A stretch of DNA of 64,000 bases from Bdellovibrionales bacterium. GTDB lineage: Bacteria; Bdellovibrionota; Bdellovibrionia; Bdellovibrionales; UBA1609. This document shows, one piece after another, positions 9,380 to 18,663 of this stretch (positions are counted from its first letter, which is position 1; each line of letters begins with the position of its first letter). The position numbers were made by a program, and so were the translations under genes. The notes beneath the pieces are model-generated. The model saw nothing but the letters and a program-made list of their open reading frames with translations, did not search any database and had not been told where the DNA came from. The stretch lies in assembly GCA_041690295.1 (NCBI GenBank), contig JAWLHR010000018.1, positions 1 to 64,000 on the forward strand. Direction: 5' to 3'.

Positions 9380-10285
9380 CTAACCACCAAGCGCCTGCTG
9401 CTGAAGAGCTTTGTAGAAGGTCTCATAGAGCTCACCGTTCTTTTGATCTTTGCGGAAATACATATTCACGTTGGTCATGTACTTCAAATCTTCCACTTGC
9501 ACCTGAACCATGCGGCCGGCGCGCACCTGCTTTTTGATCGCATGTGACGGAAGGAAGCCCCACCCCAATCCGGATTCAATCACCCGTTTCATCGTGCCGA
9601 CGTTATCAGTTTCGAAAGCCGGTGTGTGGTCAATCTTCAGCTCCTGGAATTTGCGCTCGATCGCCGCGCGAAATCCCGGATACCGGTCGTTGAAGGAAAT
9701 GATGGGCTTGGAGTTGTAGTACTTCATTTCGATCGACTGGGGCAAAGTCGTGTCACGGCCCGAGCCCACCAGCCACATTTCATCGCGGAACAAAAATTTC
9801 TTCTCGAAATCCTGGAATTCGATGCCGTACTCGGTTTTCAGATCCGGAAGAATAACCACATCAACCAGGTTGTTGCGCATGTCACTGATGATTTTCTCAC
9901 CCGTGCCATACACGAGTTTAATTTGTAACTTCGAGTTGTGTTTCAAGAACATGCCGATAATGGGCGACACCAGGTAAAGACCGATGGAGTTCATGGTGCC
10001 AAGCCGCAGATGTCCCTGCACTTCCTGGGACATGGTTTGAATGGCCACTTGCGCCTGTTGGGTCAGGTGCAAAATCCGCTTGGCATAATCGTAAAGGATT
10101 TGTCCCTGAAGCGAGGCTTTAACTTGCCGGACGCCGCGAACCAAAAGCTCAACGCCCAACTCTTCTTCGAGATTTCGTATCTGCTGGCTCACCGCGGGCT
10201 GGGTCAAAAAGAGTTTTTCCGCGGCGGCCGTCATGCTGCCTTCGGATAGCACTGTGCAGAATGTCGTGAGCTGTTGCAAGTTCAC
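9380..10285 (-). CDS. LysR-family transcriptional regulator
   Basis: GSMTAAAEKLFLTQPAVSQQIRNLEEELG HTH. Confidence 0.95.
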   Translation of the reverse strand: MNLQQLTTFCTVLSEGSMTAAAEKLFLTQPAVSQQIRNLEEELGVELLVRGVRQVKASLQGQILYDYAKRILHLTQQAQVAIQTMSQEVQGHLRLGTMNSIGLYLVSPIIGMFLKHNSKLQIKLVYGTGEKIISDMRNNLVDVVILPDLKTEYGIEFQDFEKKFLFRDEMWLVGSGRDTTLPQSIEMKYYNSKPIISFNDRYPGFRAAIERKFQELKIDHTPAFETDNVGTMKRVIESGLGWGFLPSHAIKKQVRAGRMVQVQVEDLKYMTNVNMYFRKDQKNGELYETFYKALQQQALGG

Positions 10286-10538
10286 TCGAGCTAGCTCCTC
10301 TTTTTGATTTGCCTGGTTTTTAGCAAAACCAGCTTAAAAAATCACGGCCAATATAAAGATTTCTTATAAGTGTCTTGTTTTGAAACGACATGGGGGCGCT
10401 AGACCACAGTCCTGAGCATTTCGTCTTTTCACTTTCCCTTGCCGCACGATTCCATCTTATAATTGAACCCAGGCAGCGGCGAGTTAGCCGCCGTGGGTGG
10501 CACTTGCGGCAAAACATCCGATTTTTCCGGAGTTTAGA

Positions 10539-11285
10539 ATGAGTTTTCGCACCTGGTTGATGTTGGCGCTATTGGTGTTCGGTCAAAGCGCGAACGCCAA
10601 GCGCTTCCGCAATGCCTACGTCAGTTTTGAGCTTCCACCCAACTGGAACTGTAAGCTGGAAGGCTCGGAGTGGGTCTGCGAAAACGATTTTTCCCAAAAA
10701 ACCAAGGAAGCCATCATTATTTTGACCGCCAAGGAAGTTGGCCCCAGTGACACACTGCCCGCTTACCTGGCCCACCTGCAAACGCCCCGCACTTTGACTG
10801 GTAAAGGCGGTGCGACAACCAAGTCGCAAGTGGTTCACGTGAAGGAGCGCATGATCAGCAACCAGCTCTGGGTGGATGGCATGCACCTGGGAAGCGAAGT
10901 CGGCCCTTACTTCACGCGCTATCTGGCCACGATCAAAGAACGCATCGCCATTTTGGTCACCTTCAGCGCCCATAAGCAGCATTACACCAAATACAGCGCT
11001 GACTTCATCAAAGCCGTGGAAAGTTTGAAAGTGGTCGCCACCAAAGACACTCTCGGACCTCGTGTCGGCGCCGACATGGTTCGCGCCGGTGAAACTTACG
11101 GAACCGCCACGGATCGCAACTTCATCCCCATGGACGCGGAATTTCCGCCGGAATCCGGCGCCGGCCGTCGCGGTCGCAAATATTCATGGCTCATTTGGTT
11201 GGCCGTGATTCTAGGCGCGGTGGGCGCTTACATGTACTACCGCGCGGGTGAAACCAGTCCAAAACGCAAGAAGAGATCGAAATGA
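10539..11285 (+). CDS. Exported protein with a C-terminal TM anchor and basic tail (paralog 1)
   Basis: Signal ending ANA, FxNAYVSFELPxxWxC, C-terminal TM followed by KRKKRSK. Confidence 0.8.
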   Translation: MSFRTWLMLALLVFGQSANAKRFRNAYVSFELPPNWNCKLEGSEWVCENDFSQKTKEAIIILTAKEVGPSDTLPAYLAHLQTPRTLTGKGGATTKSQVVHVKERMISNQLWVDGMHLGSEVGPYFTRYLATIKERIAILVTFSAHKQHYTKYSADFIKAVESLKVVATKDTLGPRVGADMVRAGETYGTATDRNFIPMDAEFPPESGAGRRGRKYSWLIWLAVILGAVGAYMYYRAGETSPKRKKRSK

Positions 11286-11989
11286 AAACCGGCCTTTTGA
11301 TAATCGCATCTTTCATTTCGATGACCGCTTCGGCGAAACCGTTTCAGAATTCCTACATTGCCTTCGAAGTGCCGGATGATTGGGCCTGCTTGCAAGAAGG
11401 TGTGGCTTGGACTTGCACTCCACAGGGACGGATCGAATCCAAGCAAGCGGTGATTGTCATGGCCGCCAAAGTGGCCGGCCCCGAGGACAATCTCTTTAAC
11501 TTCCACACATATCTGAAATCACCGAAAAAGATCACCACTCGCGTCGGCACGCCCATGCCCTCGCAAGTCATGTACTCCCAGGAGCGGATGCTCGCCGGAA
11601 CCAAATGGATTCAGGCGCAACACCTGGGTAGCGAGATCGTGGATTTTTACACGCTCTATCTAGCCACAGTGAAAGACCAACTCGCGATCCTGGTCAGCTT
11701 TTCCGCCGAACGAAGCCTTTATCAGAAATACAATCCGATCTTTGACCGCGCGATGAAGTCGCTGAAGATCGTGGCCAATCAAAAGTTGCTTTTCCCGAAA
11801 GGTCAGGTCAATCCTCAGACCGATGTCATCGGTATCGCGCCCGCTGGCATGGCCGGCGGTGAGGATTATCTGCCGCCACCGCCGACGCGCCGAAAACCGA
11901 TGGGCCAATGGCTCATCATCGGGGCGGGCCTCATCGTGGCGATCGGATTTTTACTCATGGCGGTTCGCAAGAAAAACCGGAAGAGGTGA
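11282..11989 (+). CDS. Exported protein with a C-terminal TM anchor and basic tail (paralog 2)
   Basis: Aligns by eye with the upstream gene (FQNSYIAFEVPDDWAC, HLGSEI, YLATVK). Confidence 0.8.
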   Translation: MKTGLLIIASFISMTASAKPFQNSYIAFEVPDDWACLQEGVAWTCTPQGRIESKQAVIVMAAKVAGPEDNLFNFHTYLKSPKKITTRVGTPMPSQVMYSQERMLAGTKWIQAQHLGSEIVDFYTLYLATVKDQLAILVSFSAERSLYQKYNPIFDRAMKSLKIVANQKLLFPKGQVNPQTDVIGIAPAGMAGGEDYLPPPPTRRKPMGQWLIIGAGLIVAIGFLLMAVRKKNRKR

Positions 11990-11992
11990 TCT

Positions 11993-12328
11993 ATGGATAT
12001 CAACTGGGTGGCCCTACTCGATTCCATACAGGATTTGCGCGGACAACTCGAAGTCTGGGGCGTGACTTACGAAGGCTTGATCGTTATCGGATTGATCGCC
12101 CTGGGAGTGCTGCTGCTTTCGTTCCGTGAAGTGATTGTTTGGTACTTACGCATTTCCAAACTGCAATCACAGGTGAACGCGATGAATGAGCAGCTCGCGG
12201 AAATGCGTAAACTTCTGGAAACTTCACGCCGGGACGGCGTTCGCATTCGCGAAGCCGGGGATGACGACGAGGACGACGAGAGTGAACCCGCCGTCACCCC
12301 GAACCGAAGATTTCATCTCGATCACTGA
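11993..12328 (+). CDS. Small membrane protein with a coiled coil
   Basis: GAGGT RBS; TM helix followed by a coiled coil. Confidence 0.7.
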   Translation: MDINWVALLDSIQDLRGQLEVWGVTYEGLIVIGLIALGVLLLSFREVIVWYLRISKLQSQVNAMNEQLAEMRKLLETSRRDGVRIREAGDDDEDDESEPAVTPNRRFHLDH

Positions 12329-13725
12329 AGAAACTCTTTATAGCCCTTCACTTGTAAACGGCCCAATTTTTTAAGCGGCTCTTCCGCTTTGGAGCGTGGC
12401 GCATAGACCAGGATTCTCAAATTCTCCGGATCGAAATAGCGGCGGATGGTCGCGTTGATTTTATCGCGATTGATGGTTTCAAGGTCCGCCAGATAGTTCG
12501 TGAGGTAGGAATTCGGAATTCCATAACGGTTTAAGATCAAAAGCTGCTGCGCCAGAGCTTCGGGTGTTTCCATCATTCGCGGAAACTGACCCCGCATCAA
12601 TGATTTCACCATGGCCACTTCTTTATCGGTGACACCTTCTTTGATGAACTGCCTGTAAGTCTTCAAAGTTTCCTCGACGGTTTCGCCCACTTTATCCACG
12701 CGTGTGAACGTGTAAATGCCCATTGGGCCCGGCTTTAAGCGCGGATCGAACCAGGCGTGAATGTGGTAAGTGAGTCCGCGTTGCACGCGGATGGCTTCGA
12801 ACAACCGGCTGCCGAAGGATTCGCCAAGCACCTTCAAAGCCGCGCGCAGCTCCATATACTCAGGAATGTCGCGGGGCACGCCTTTAAAGCCGATCTGAAT
12901 TTGCGCCTGATTCAAGTCATCGCGATCAACCAACAAGAACTCAAGACCGTTCCACTTGGGGAAGTCCGGAATCTCAATGCCTGGATTGGGTTTGGCTTTC
13001 CAACTTTCAAAGGCTTCAATGACATTTTTGCGCCAGGCCTCATCATACTGGCCGACCACCGCCAACACGGAATTTCCCGGAGTGTAATGAGTGCCGTAGA
13101 ATCGTTGCAGATCAACTCGCGAAATTTTGCGCACCGATCGCGGAGTTCCCGCCGCTTCATGCCCATAGGGGTGCGCGCCGTAAAGGAAACGCGGGAGCAG
13201 ATAATCCGTGAATCCATTGGGTTGATCAGCGAGCTTTTGTAGGCTCGCCAAAACCAATTGTCGCTGCCGATTGATTTCCTTGGCCGGAAAACTCGGTTGC
13301 AGCGTCAGTTCCCGGTAAAGGTCCAGTGCGCTGTCGCGATTAAATGAGAGACTGGAGAGTTTTAAAATCGTGTAATCCGGCTCAACGCTCACGCTGAAAT
13401 CCGCGCCGATCTGCTCCAGATCCTCGGCGATTTGCTCGGCGGAGCGCGAGACGGTTCCCTTTTCCAGCATCGACGCCGTGAATCCCGCCAATCCCTCTTT
13501 GCCCGGCAAATCCTGCCCGCTACCGGTTTTCACCAACATTTGCATTGAGACATAGGGCAATGTGTTGTCGGGGATCCACATCACGATCAGGCCGTTTTTC
13601 AAAGTTTGCGTCTCAAACGAGCGGATGCGGAAGTTTTCCGCCGACGACGGAGAGCGCATCCAGCTTGTGGACGAGCAGGAAATCGTCAAAAAGAACGCGA
13701 ACAAGATTAAAAGTGACTTTCTCAT
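12322..13725 (-). CDS. M16B peptidase, non-catalytic subunit (lipoprotein)
   Basis: M16-family motifs, HxxEH absent, SRLFxxIRxxRGLTY, lipobox TISC. Confidence 0.92.
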   Translation of the reverse strand: MRKSLLILFAFFLTISCSSTSWMRSPSSAENFRIRSFETQTLKNGLIVMWIPDNTLPYVSMQMLVKTGSGQDLPGKEGLAGFTASMLEKGTVSRSAEQIAEDLEQIGADFSVSVEPDYTILKLSSLSFNRDSALDLYRELTLQPSFPAKEINRQRQLVLASLQKLADQPNGFTDYLLPRFLYGAHPYGHEAAGTPRSVRKISRVDLQRFYGTHYTPGNSVLAVVGQYDEAWRKNVIEAFESWKAKPNPGIEIPDFPKWNGLEFLLVDRDDLNQAQIQIGFKGVPRDIPEYMELRAALKVLGESFGSRLFEAIRVQRGLTYHIHAWFDPRLKPGPMGIYTFTRVDKVGETVEETLKTYRQFIKEGVTDKEVAMVKSLMRGQFPRMMETPEALAQQLLILNRYGIPNSYLTNYLADLETINRDKINATIRRYFDPENLRILVYAPRSKAEEPLKKLGRLQVKGYKEFLQ

Positions 13726-15071
13726 ATCGATCCCCCCGCCGGTTTTTTAGGATTCACCACGACAATATTGCGAAGCTGCGGTTGCAAATAGGTTTTCGCC
13801 ACCCGCTGAATGTCCTGCGTGGTGACCTTTTGGTACTCCTTCAGATCGGTGAATATGCGCGTGTAATCACCGTAAAGGACTTCGTACTGAGCCAGCATTC
13901 GGGCGCGGCCCGAAAGCTTCTTCAAGACATCAACGTAATCTTTCATCAGCTGGTTACGCGCTTTATCCAATTCTTTTTGTGTGATCCGCCGGTTGCGCAA
14001 ATTAGCGATCTCCTGCTCCACGGCTGAAATGGCTTGTTCCGCGCTCTTACCCGGCTTGAGTCCCACTTGCACCACGAACTGACCAGCCAAAAGCCGCGCC
14101 CATGAATAAGAGTTGGCGTAAATCGCCATCTCCTGCCTTCGCACAAGCGATCGGTAAAGCCGGCTCGATTGCCCGGTACCAAGCACATTGGACAAAAGAT
14201 CCAGGGCGTAATTGTCCGCATGATTTAAATCGGGAAGACGATAGCCCACGGCCACGGAAGGAGCTTGCGCCTCGCGCTCGATCTCGGCGCGGCGAACTTT
14301 GGTTTGCGGCGGCTCCGCTTGGATCGCCGGACGTGTGACTTCCTCACGGGGAAGAGAGCCATGGCTTTTTTCAATTAATTTTTTGACCGCGCCGGGTTCG
14401 AAGGCTCCCGCCACGACCAACACCGCGTTGTTCGGGCTGTAGAATCGCTTGTAGAAGGCTTTCATGTCGTCCAACGTCGCGGCGTTCAGATCGTCCATGG
14501 AACCGATCGTCAACCATCGGTACGGCAAAGAGGTGAATATCGTGGCGTTCATTTTTTCGAACATTCCGCCTTCGATGCTGTCGTCATAGCGCATGCGGCG
14601 CTCCTCTTTGACTACCTCGCGCTCACTTTGAATCGCCTTGGGGTCGAACAAAAGATTACGCATGCGATCGGCTTCGATTTCGAGGAGCAACGGCAAATGT
14701 TCAATGGGCGCATTGATGTAATAGCCGGTGTAATCACCCGACGTGAAGGCATTGGTTTCCGCCCCTTTACCTTTAAGAAAATTCCCCCAGGTGTCTTCGG
14801 GGAATTTGGCGGTGCCTTTGAACATCATGTGTTCAAAGAAGTGGGCCAAGCCGGTGCGGCCCGGAACTTCATCTTTGGATCCGACCCGAAACCAGGTCTG
14901 CAGACTGACCGCGGGTATGCTCGAATCGGAGTGCAGCACAACGGTCAATCCGTTTTTCAGTTGATATTTTTCAACGGGAAACTGGATGGCCTTCTCCAGC
15001 GGGACCGGAGCCGCGAAAAGCGGCGATACCGGCATCAGCGCGAAAAGCGCGATCAGAACACGCAACACCAT
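13722..15071 (-). CDS. M16B zinc peptidase, catalytic subunit
   Basis: GLAHFFEHMMFKGT (HxxEH), NAFT, EREVVKEE; signal peptide. Confidence 0.95.
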   Translation of the reverse strand: MVLRVLIALFALMPVSPLFAAPVPLEKAIQFPVEKYQLKNGLTVVLHSDSSIPAVSLQTWFRVGSKDEVPGRTGLAHFFEHMMFKGTAKFPEDTWGNFLKGKGAETNAFTSGDYTGYYINAPIEHLPLLLEIEADRMRNLLFDPKAIQSEREVVKEERRMRYDDSIEGGMFEKMNATIFTSLPYRWLTIGSMDDLNAATLDDMKAFYKRFYSPNNAVLVVAGAFEPGAVKKLIEKSHGSLPREEVTRPAIQAEPPQTKVRRAEIEREAQAPSVAVGYRLPDLNHADNYALDLLSNVLGTGQSSRLYRSLVRRQEMAIYANSYSWARLLAGQFVVQVGLKPGKSAEQAISAVEQEIANLRNRRITQKELDKARNQLMKDYVDVLKKLSGRARMLAQYEVLYGDYTRIFTDLKEYQKVTTQDIQRVAKTYLQPQLRNIVVVNPKKPAGGSI

Positions 15072-15123
15072 AACACCTCCAGAAAGTAAGAATTCTCCTT
15101 TCTGAAGGAGTCAGGGTCAATGA

Positions 15124-15621
15124 TTACTGAACCACAAGTTCGGAGAAGTAGACGTTTTTGACCACGCCCTTCTTGAGAGCGCTGTTCAACTCGGCCACGA
15201 TTTGATTTTTGAGATGTAATTTGCCTTGAACAGTCTCGACGTCGTTGAAGGTCTTGCTGTTGAGGATGCGCATGATGGTGTCACGCGCTTGAGGGCTGAT
15301 GCCGATGACCTCTTCATATCCTTCCGCATCCATCATTTCCAAACTCAATTCGAGCCGGATCAAACGTCGCGGAACACCATCGAGATTGGTGTTGAACGGC
15401 GCCATCGTGTACAGCACCGGATCGCCGCGCAATGTTTGTTCGAAGGCGGCGATTTCGCGCTCGGCTTGCTCGTTACTCAGGGTTTTCGGCTTCAAGCCCA
15501 AGGTTGAGACATAGACGAGGTAGGCGCCAAGCCCCAGTACAATTACGTTTACGCCCATGAAGGCGTATGTCACAATCTTCTTGATATCCCTGGGGGGAGC
15601 TGTGTTTTCTTCTTCAGCCAT
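15124..15621 (-). CDS. fliL: Flagellar basal-body protein FliL
   Basis: N-terminal TM, PFNTNL, 'GKLHLKNQI...VKNVYFSELVVQ'. Confidence 0.93.
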   Translation of the reverse strand: MAEEENTAPPRDIKKIVTYAFMGVNVIVLGLGAYLVYVSTLGLKPKTLSNEQAEREIAAFEQTLRGDPVLYTMAPFNTNLDGVPRRLIRLELSLEMMDAEGYEEVIGISPQARDTIMRILNSKTFNDVETVQGKLHLKNQIVAELNSALKKGVVKNVYFSELVVQ

Positions 15622-15639
15622 AGCGGTTCCTTATATGGC

Positions 15640-15666
15640 TTATCGGACGATTGACCATGGCCTTAA
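15640..15666 (-). promoter_or_regulatory. Putative sigma28 (FliA) promoter of fliL
   Basis: TTAA-N15-TCCGATAA versus consensus TAAA-N15-GCCGATAA, directly upstream of a flagellar gene. Confidence 0.7.
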
Positions 15667-15690
15667 GTCCTGGCTAATGTGAGGAACCCT

Positions 15691-16722
15691 ATGCGATTCA
15701 CAGTCTTCAGAATGCAACTGGCCGTGGTTGCGGGACTTGTATTGACTCAATTTGCGACACCACTTCGCAGCTTCGCGTCAGATTCCGCGAATTCTGTCGA
15801 AACCGCTGACCCCGTCGCCCAAGTTCCGCCAAGCGGACTTTTGCCAAGTCCCTTACTCTCTTTGTCCTCACAAAACGGCGTGTTCTCGCAGTACGCGTTC
15901 CTGGTCGATAAAAAGCTTCGCACATTGACCGTTTGGCAAAACGTCGACGGCAAACTGAAACTGGTCAGCGCATCACCCGCCGACATCGGTCAAAAAGACG
16001 GCGACAAGCTGGTCGAGGGCGACAAGCGCACGCCCGAGGGCGTTTATTTCTTCCAAACCACGATGGATGGAAAAAAGCTCAATTACGACAATTACGGAAA
16101 TCGCATTTTCACTTTGGATTATCCCAACTATTTCGACCGGCTGGAAAAGAAAACGGGAACAGGAATTTGGTTTCACGCGATCCCCGATCATAAATCGCTG
16201 CTTCGCGGTTCCCGCGGATGTGTGGTGGTTCGCAATGCGGTCATTGACCATTTGAGCCAATACATCGAACTCAAGCGCACACCGATGGTGATCGTGGATC
16301 ACGTCGAATACGTGGATGAAAAGCAATGGGACACGCTTCGTAAAACGTATTTCGAGTGGCTGGAGACCTGGCGTAAGAGCTGGATGGGCAAGGATCTGGA
16401 AGCTTATTTGGCCTACTACTCGGACCGTTTTCGCGCCAATGGCATGAACAAGTCCCGCTGGCGGAAGTACAAACAGCGTTTAGCCGAGCAGTACAAGTTC
16501 ATCGATGTCACACTGAAAGATATTCAGATTTATCAGCAGGGGCCGAAAGTGGTTTTCCGATTCCTGCAAAATTACAAATCGGATGTTAAGGAAGATTTCG
16601 GTTCGAAGATTCTTTATGTTTTAAGAAACGGCGAAGGGCGGCACGAAATCATTGGTGAATCCTGGGAGCCGCTGAATGAAACCTCGCTCACCTCCGCCGG
16701 TCCTATAGAAAATAATCCGTAG
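15691..16722 (+). CDS. L,D-carboxypeptidase/transpeptidase (YkuD fold) with a C-terminal NTF2-like domain; Bd1075/Csd6-like cell-curvature enzyme
   Basis: GDKRTPEGVY, GIWFH...SRGC catalytic motif, 'WRKSWMGKDLEAYLAYYS' NTF2-like region; start uncertain (15679-15712). Confidence 0.88.
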   Translation: MRFTVFRMQLAVVAGLVLTQFATPLRSFASDSANSVETADPVAQVPPSGLLPSPLLSLSSQNGVFSQYAFLVDKKLRTLTVWQNVDGKLKLVSASPADIGQKDGDKLVEGDKRTPEGVYFFQTTMDGKKLNYDNYGNRIFTLDYPNYFDRLEKKTGTGIWFHAIPDHKSLLRGSRGCVVVRNAVIDHLSQYIELKRTPMVIVDHVEYVDEKQWDTLRKTYFEWLETWRKSWMGKDLEAYLAYYSDRFRANGMNKSRWRKYKQRLAEQYKFIDVTLKDIQIYQQGPKVVFRFLQNYKSDVKEDFGSKILYVLRNGEGRHEIIGESWEPLNETSLTSAGPIENNP

Positions 16723-16730
16723 AAATTCGG

Positions 16731-16904
16731 TTACGCCCAGTCTTCGCGGTCTTCAAGAGTGACGGGCTCGGAAGCGGAAGAACTGTCTGTCAAAGACTTG
16801 AGATAAGAATCCCAATCTTCGTTTTTGATCAAACCTTGTTTGAGGTTCCAATCGCGCATGCGAATGTCGAACTTCAAATTTTCCAATGCTTGATTCAAAT
16901 CCAT
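16731..16904 (-). CDS. Small 57-aa protein absent from the ORF track (MDLNQALENLKFDIRMRDWNLKQGLIKNEDWDSYLKSL...)
   Basis: GGAGG RBS, ATG at 16904 to TAA at 16731; fills the gap after the rhomboid gene. Confidence 0.75.
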   Translation of the reverse strand: MDLNQALENLKFDIRMRDWNLKQGLIKNEDWDSYLKSLTDSSSASEPVTLEDREDWA

Positions 16905-16916
16905 GGTTTTCCTCCG

Positions 16917-17675
16917 TTAGTTCCAATACTTCGGGCCCTTTTTATCATCCGAAGGGCGCTCATTATTTACCACCAATTTCAGGTTTCGTCCACGGCGTGA
17001 CACCGTGGTGGAACCCGAGCGGCGCGAGCGCCAGCGGGCGACCAACATCAGGTACACGAAGCCGACGACCAAGCCGCCCAAATGGGCCAAATTGGCGGTC
17101 TGAGAGCCCATACCGGTATCGAGCAAGGTCACAAGCTCGATCAACCCGATCAGCCCGACGAAATATTTGGCCTTCATCGGGAATAACATCATGAAATAAA
17201 TTTCACGCTCCCCGAATAAAATTCCGTAGGCCAGAAGGATTCCGTAAATCGCCCCCGAGGCGCCGATCAGAGGCGCCAGAACGGTCAGCACCTGACCGGT
17301 GATCAGGGCATAAATGAAAGCTCCAACAAGGTAGATCGCGCCCGCGCCGACCCCGCAAACCAGATAGTAGGTCAGGAAAAACCGCGAGCCCCAACGCTGC
17401 TCCAACTCCGAGCCGAACATCCAAAGGACCAGCATGTTGAAAAACACATGGAAGACACCGGTCGCGTGCAAAAACATATAGGTGAAAATCTGCCAGATCC
17501 AGAAGTCATGGATCATGCGAAACGGCGTCAGGCCAAACAGATCCACCAGTATGGAGTTGCGCAGGATCAGATTCTGCAAAATCAAAATGCCGCCGATCCA
17601 AATGACCATATTGGCGATAATTAATCGCTTCACCACCGTGGTCATGGGAATGGACATCTGCAGCTGCGGCCTCAT
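16917..17675 (-). CDS. Rhomboid-family intramembrane serine protease
   Basis: WQIFTYMFLH, HxxFNM, GASG, AHLGG. Confidence 0.95.
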   Translation of the reverse strand: MRPQLQMSIPMTTVVKRLIIANMVIWIGGILILQNLILRNSILVDLFGLTPFRMIHDFWIWQIFTYMFLHATGVFHVFFNMLVLWMFGSELEQRWGSRFFLTYYLVCGVGAGAIYLVGAFIYALITGQVLTVLAPLIGASGAIYGILLAYGILFGEREIYFMMLFPMKAKYFVGLIGLIELVTLLDTGMGSQTANLAHLGGLVVGFVYLMLVARWRSRRSGSTTVSRRGRNLKLVVNNERPSDDKKGPKYWN

Positions 17676-18091
17676 GGCGAATCCTCACGCGGTTGACTGA
17701 GTTCAATCAGGGTTCCGCCGGCCGATTTGGGATGAATGAACGCCACCCAACAGTTATGCGCCCCCGGTGTCGGCTCCTCATTGATCAATCGAAAGCCTTT
17801 TTCTTTCAGCTGCTTCATCACCGCCCGAATGTCTTTCACCTTAAAGCAAATATGATGAATTCCCGGGCCGCGGCTTTGGAGAAACTTCGCCACGGGACTG
17901 GATTCATCCGTGGGTTCCAGCAACTCGATTCTGGCCTCGTTGGCCAGATTGAAAAAACCGACTTTCACTTTTTCCGTCGGTACGAGTTCTTCCGTCATCG
18001 GGCCAAGGCCCAAGGCCTCATAGATGGGTTTGCCTTTGGCCAGGCTCTCGACCGCGACGGCGATATGATCCAAAACAAAATCAGTTTTCAT
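17672..18091 (-). CDS. mce: Methylmalonyl-CoA epimerase
   Basis: DHIAVAV, IELLEP, GIHHICF, FIHPKSAGGTLIEL. Confidence 0.92.
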   Translation of the reverse strand: MKTDFVLDHIAVAVESLAKGKPIYEALGLGPMTEELVPTEKVKVGFFNLANEARIELLEPTDESSPVAKFLQSRGPGIHHICFKVKDIRAVMKQLKEKGFRLINEEPTPGAHNCWVAFIHPKSAGGTLIELSQPREDSP

Positions 18092-18663
18092 TTCAGCTTC
18101 ACCTTCGCGAATGCGGGCCTGAGCTGTTTATAAGTTTGTTCAAGTGTTTGGGGCAACGCCTTGGTCTCGGCGATCAGCGGAAAGAAGTTGGTGTCTCCGC
18201 CCCAACGGGGGACCACATGCCAATGCAGATGATCCGGAATCCCCGCGCCCGCCACGGCGCCATGATTCAGGCCCAAGTTAAACCCCTGACAATTTAATTC
18301 GTCTTTCAAAATTTTCGTGCAGATTTTCATCCAATCGGCCATTTCGCGCGTCACTTCATCGTCCAATTTCCAAAGCTCACCGATATGGGCCTGGGGCATG
18401 ATCAATAAATGCCCGGTGTTATACGGGTATTTATTCATGACCACCAAACTCCGTTGAGCCTTGGCCAGCACCAGCGACTGCGCGTTGATTTCACCTTTGG
18501 CCGCCGCGCAAAAAACGCATTCTCCTGTTTCCGGCAAGAGTTTGCGGACGTAGCGATACCGGTCCGGGCGTTCCAAGAAATCCCGCTCCTGCGGCCATAC
18601 GTGACGTACCAGCTTCAAAGCCCAATCTTTTTTCGAGCTTTTTCGCGTCTTCTTTCGGGTCAA
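18088..18663 (-). CDS. HIT-family hydrolase
   Basis: CVFC, NKYPYNTGH, HLHWH. Confidence 0.93.
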   Translation of the reverse strand: MTRKKTRKSSKKDWALKLVRHVWPQERDFLERPDRYRYVRKLLPETGECVFCAAAKGEINAQSLVLAKAQRSLVVMNKYPYNTGHLLIMPQAHIGELWKLDDEVTREMADWMKICTKILKDELNCQGFNLGLNHGAVAGAGIPDHLHWHVVPRWGGDTNFFPLIAETKALPQTLEQTYKQLRPAFAKVKLK

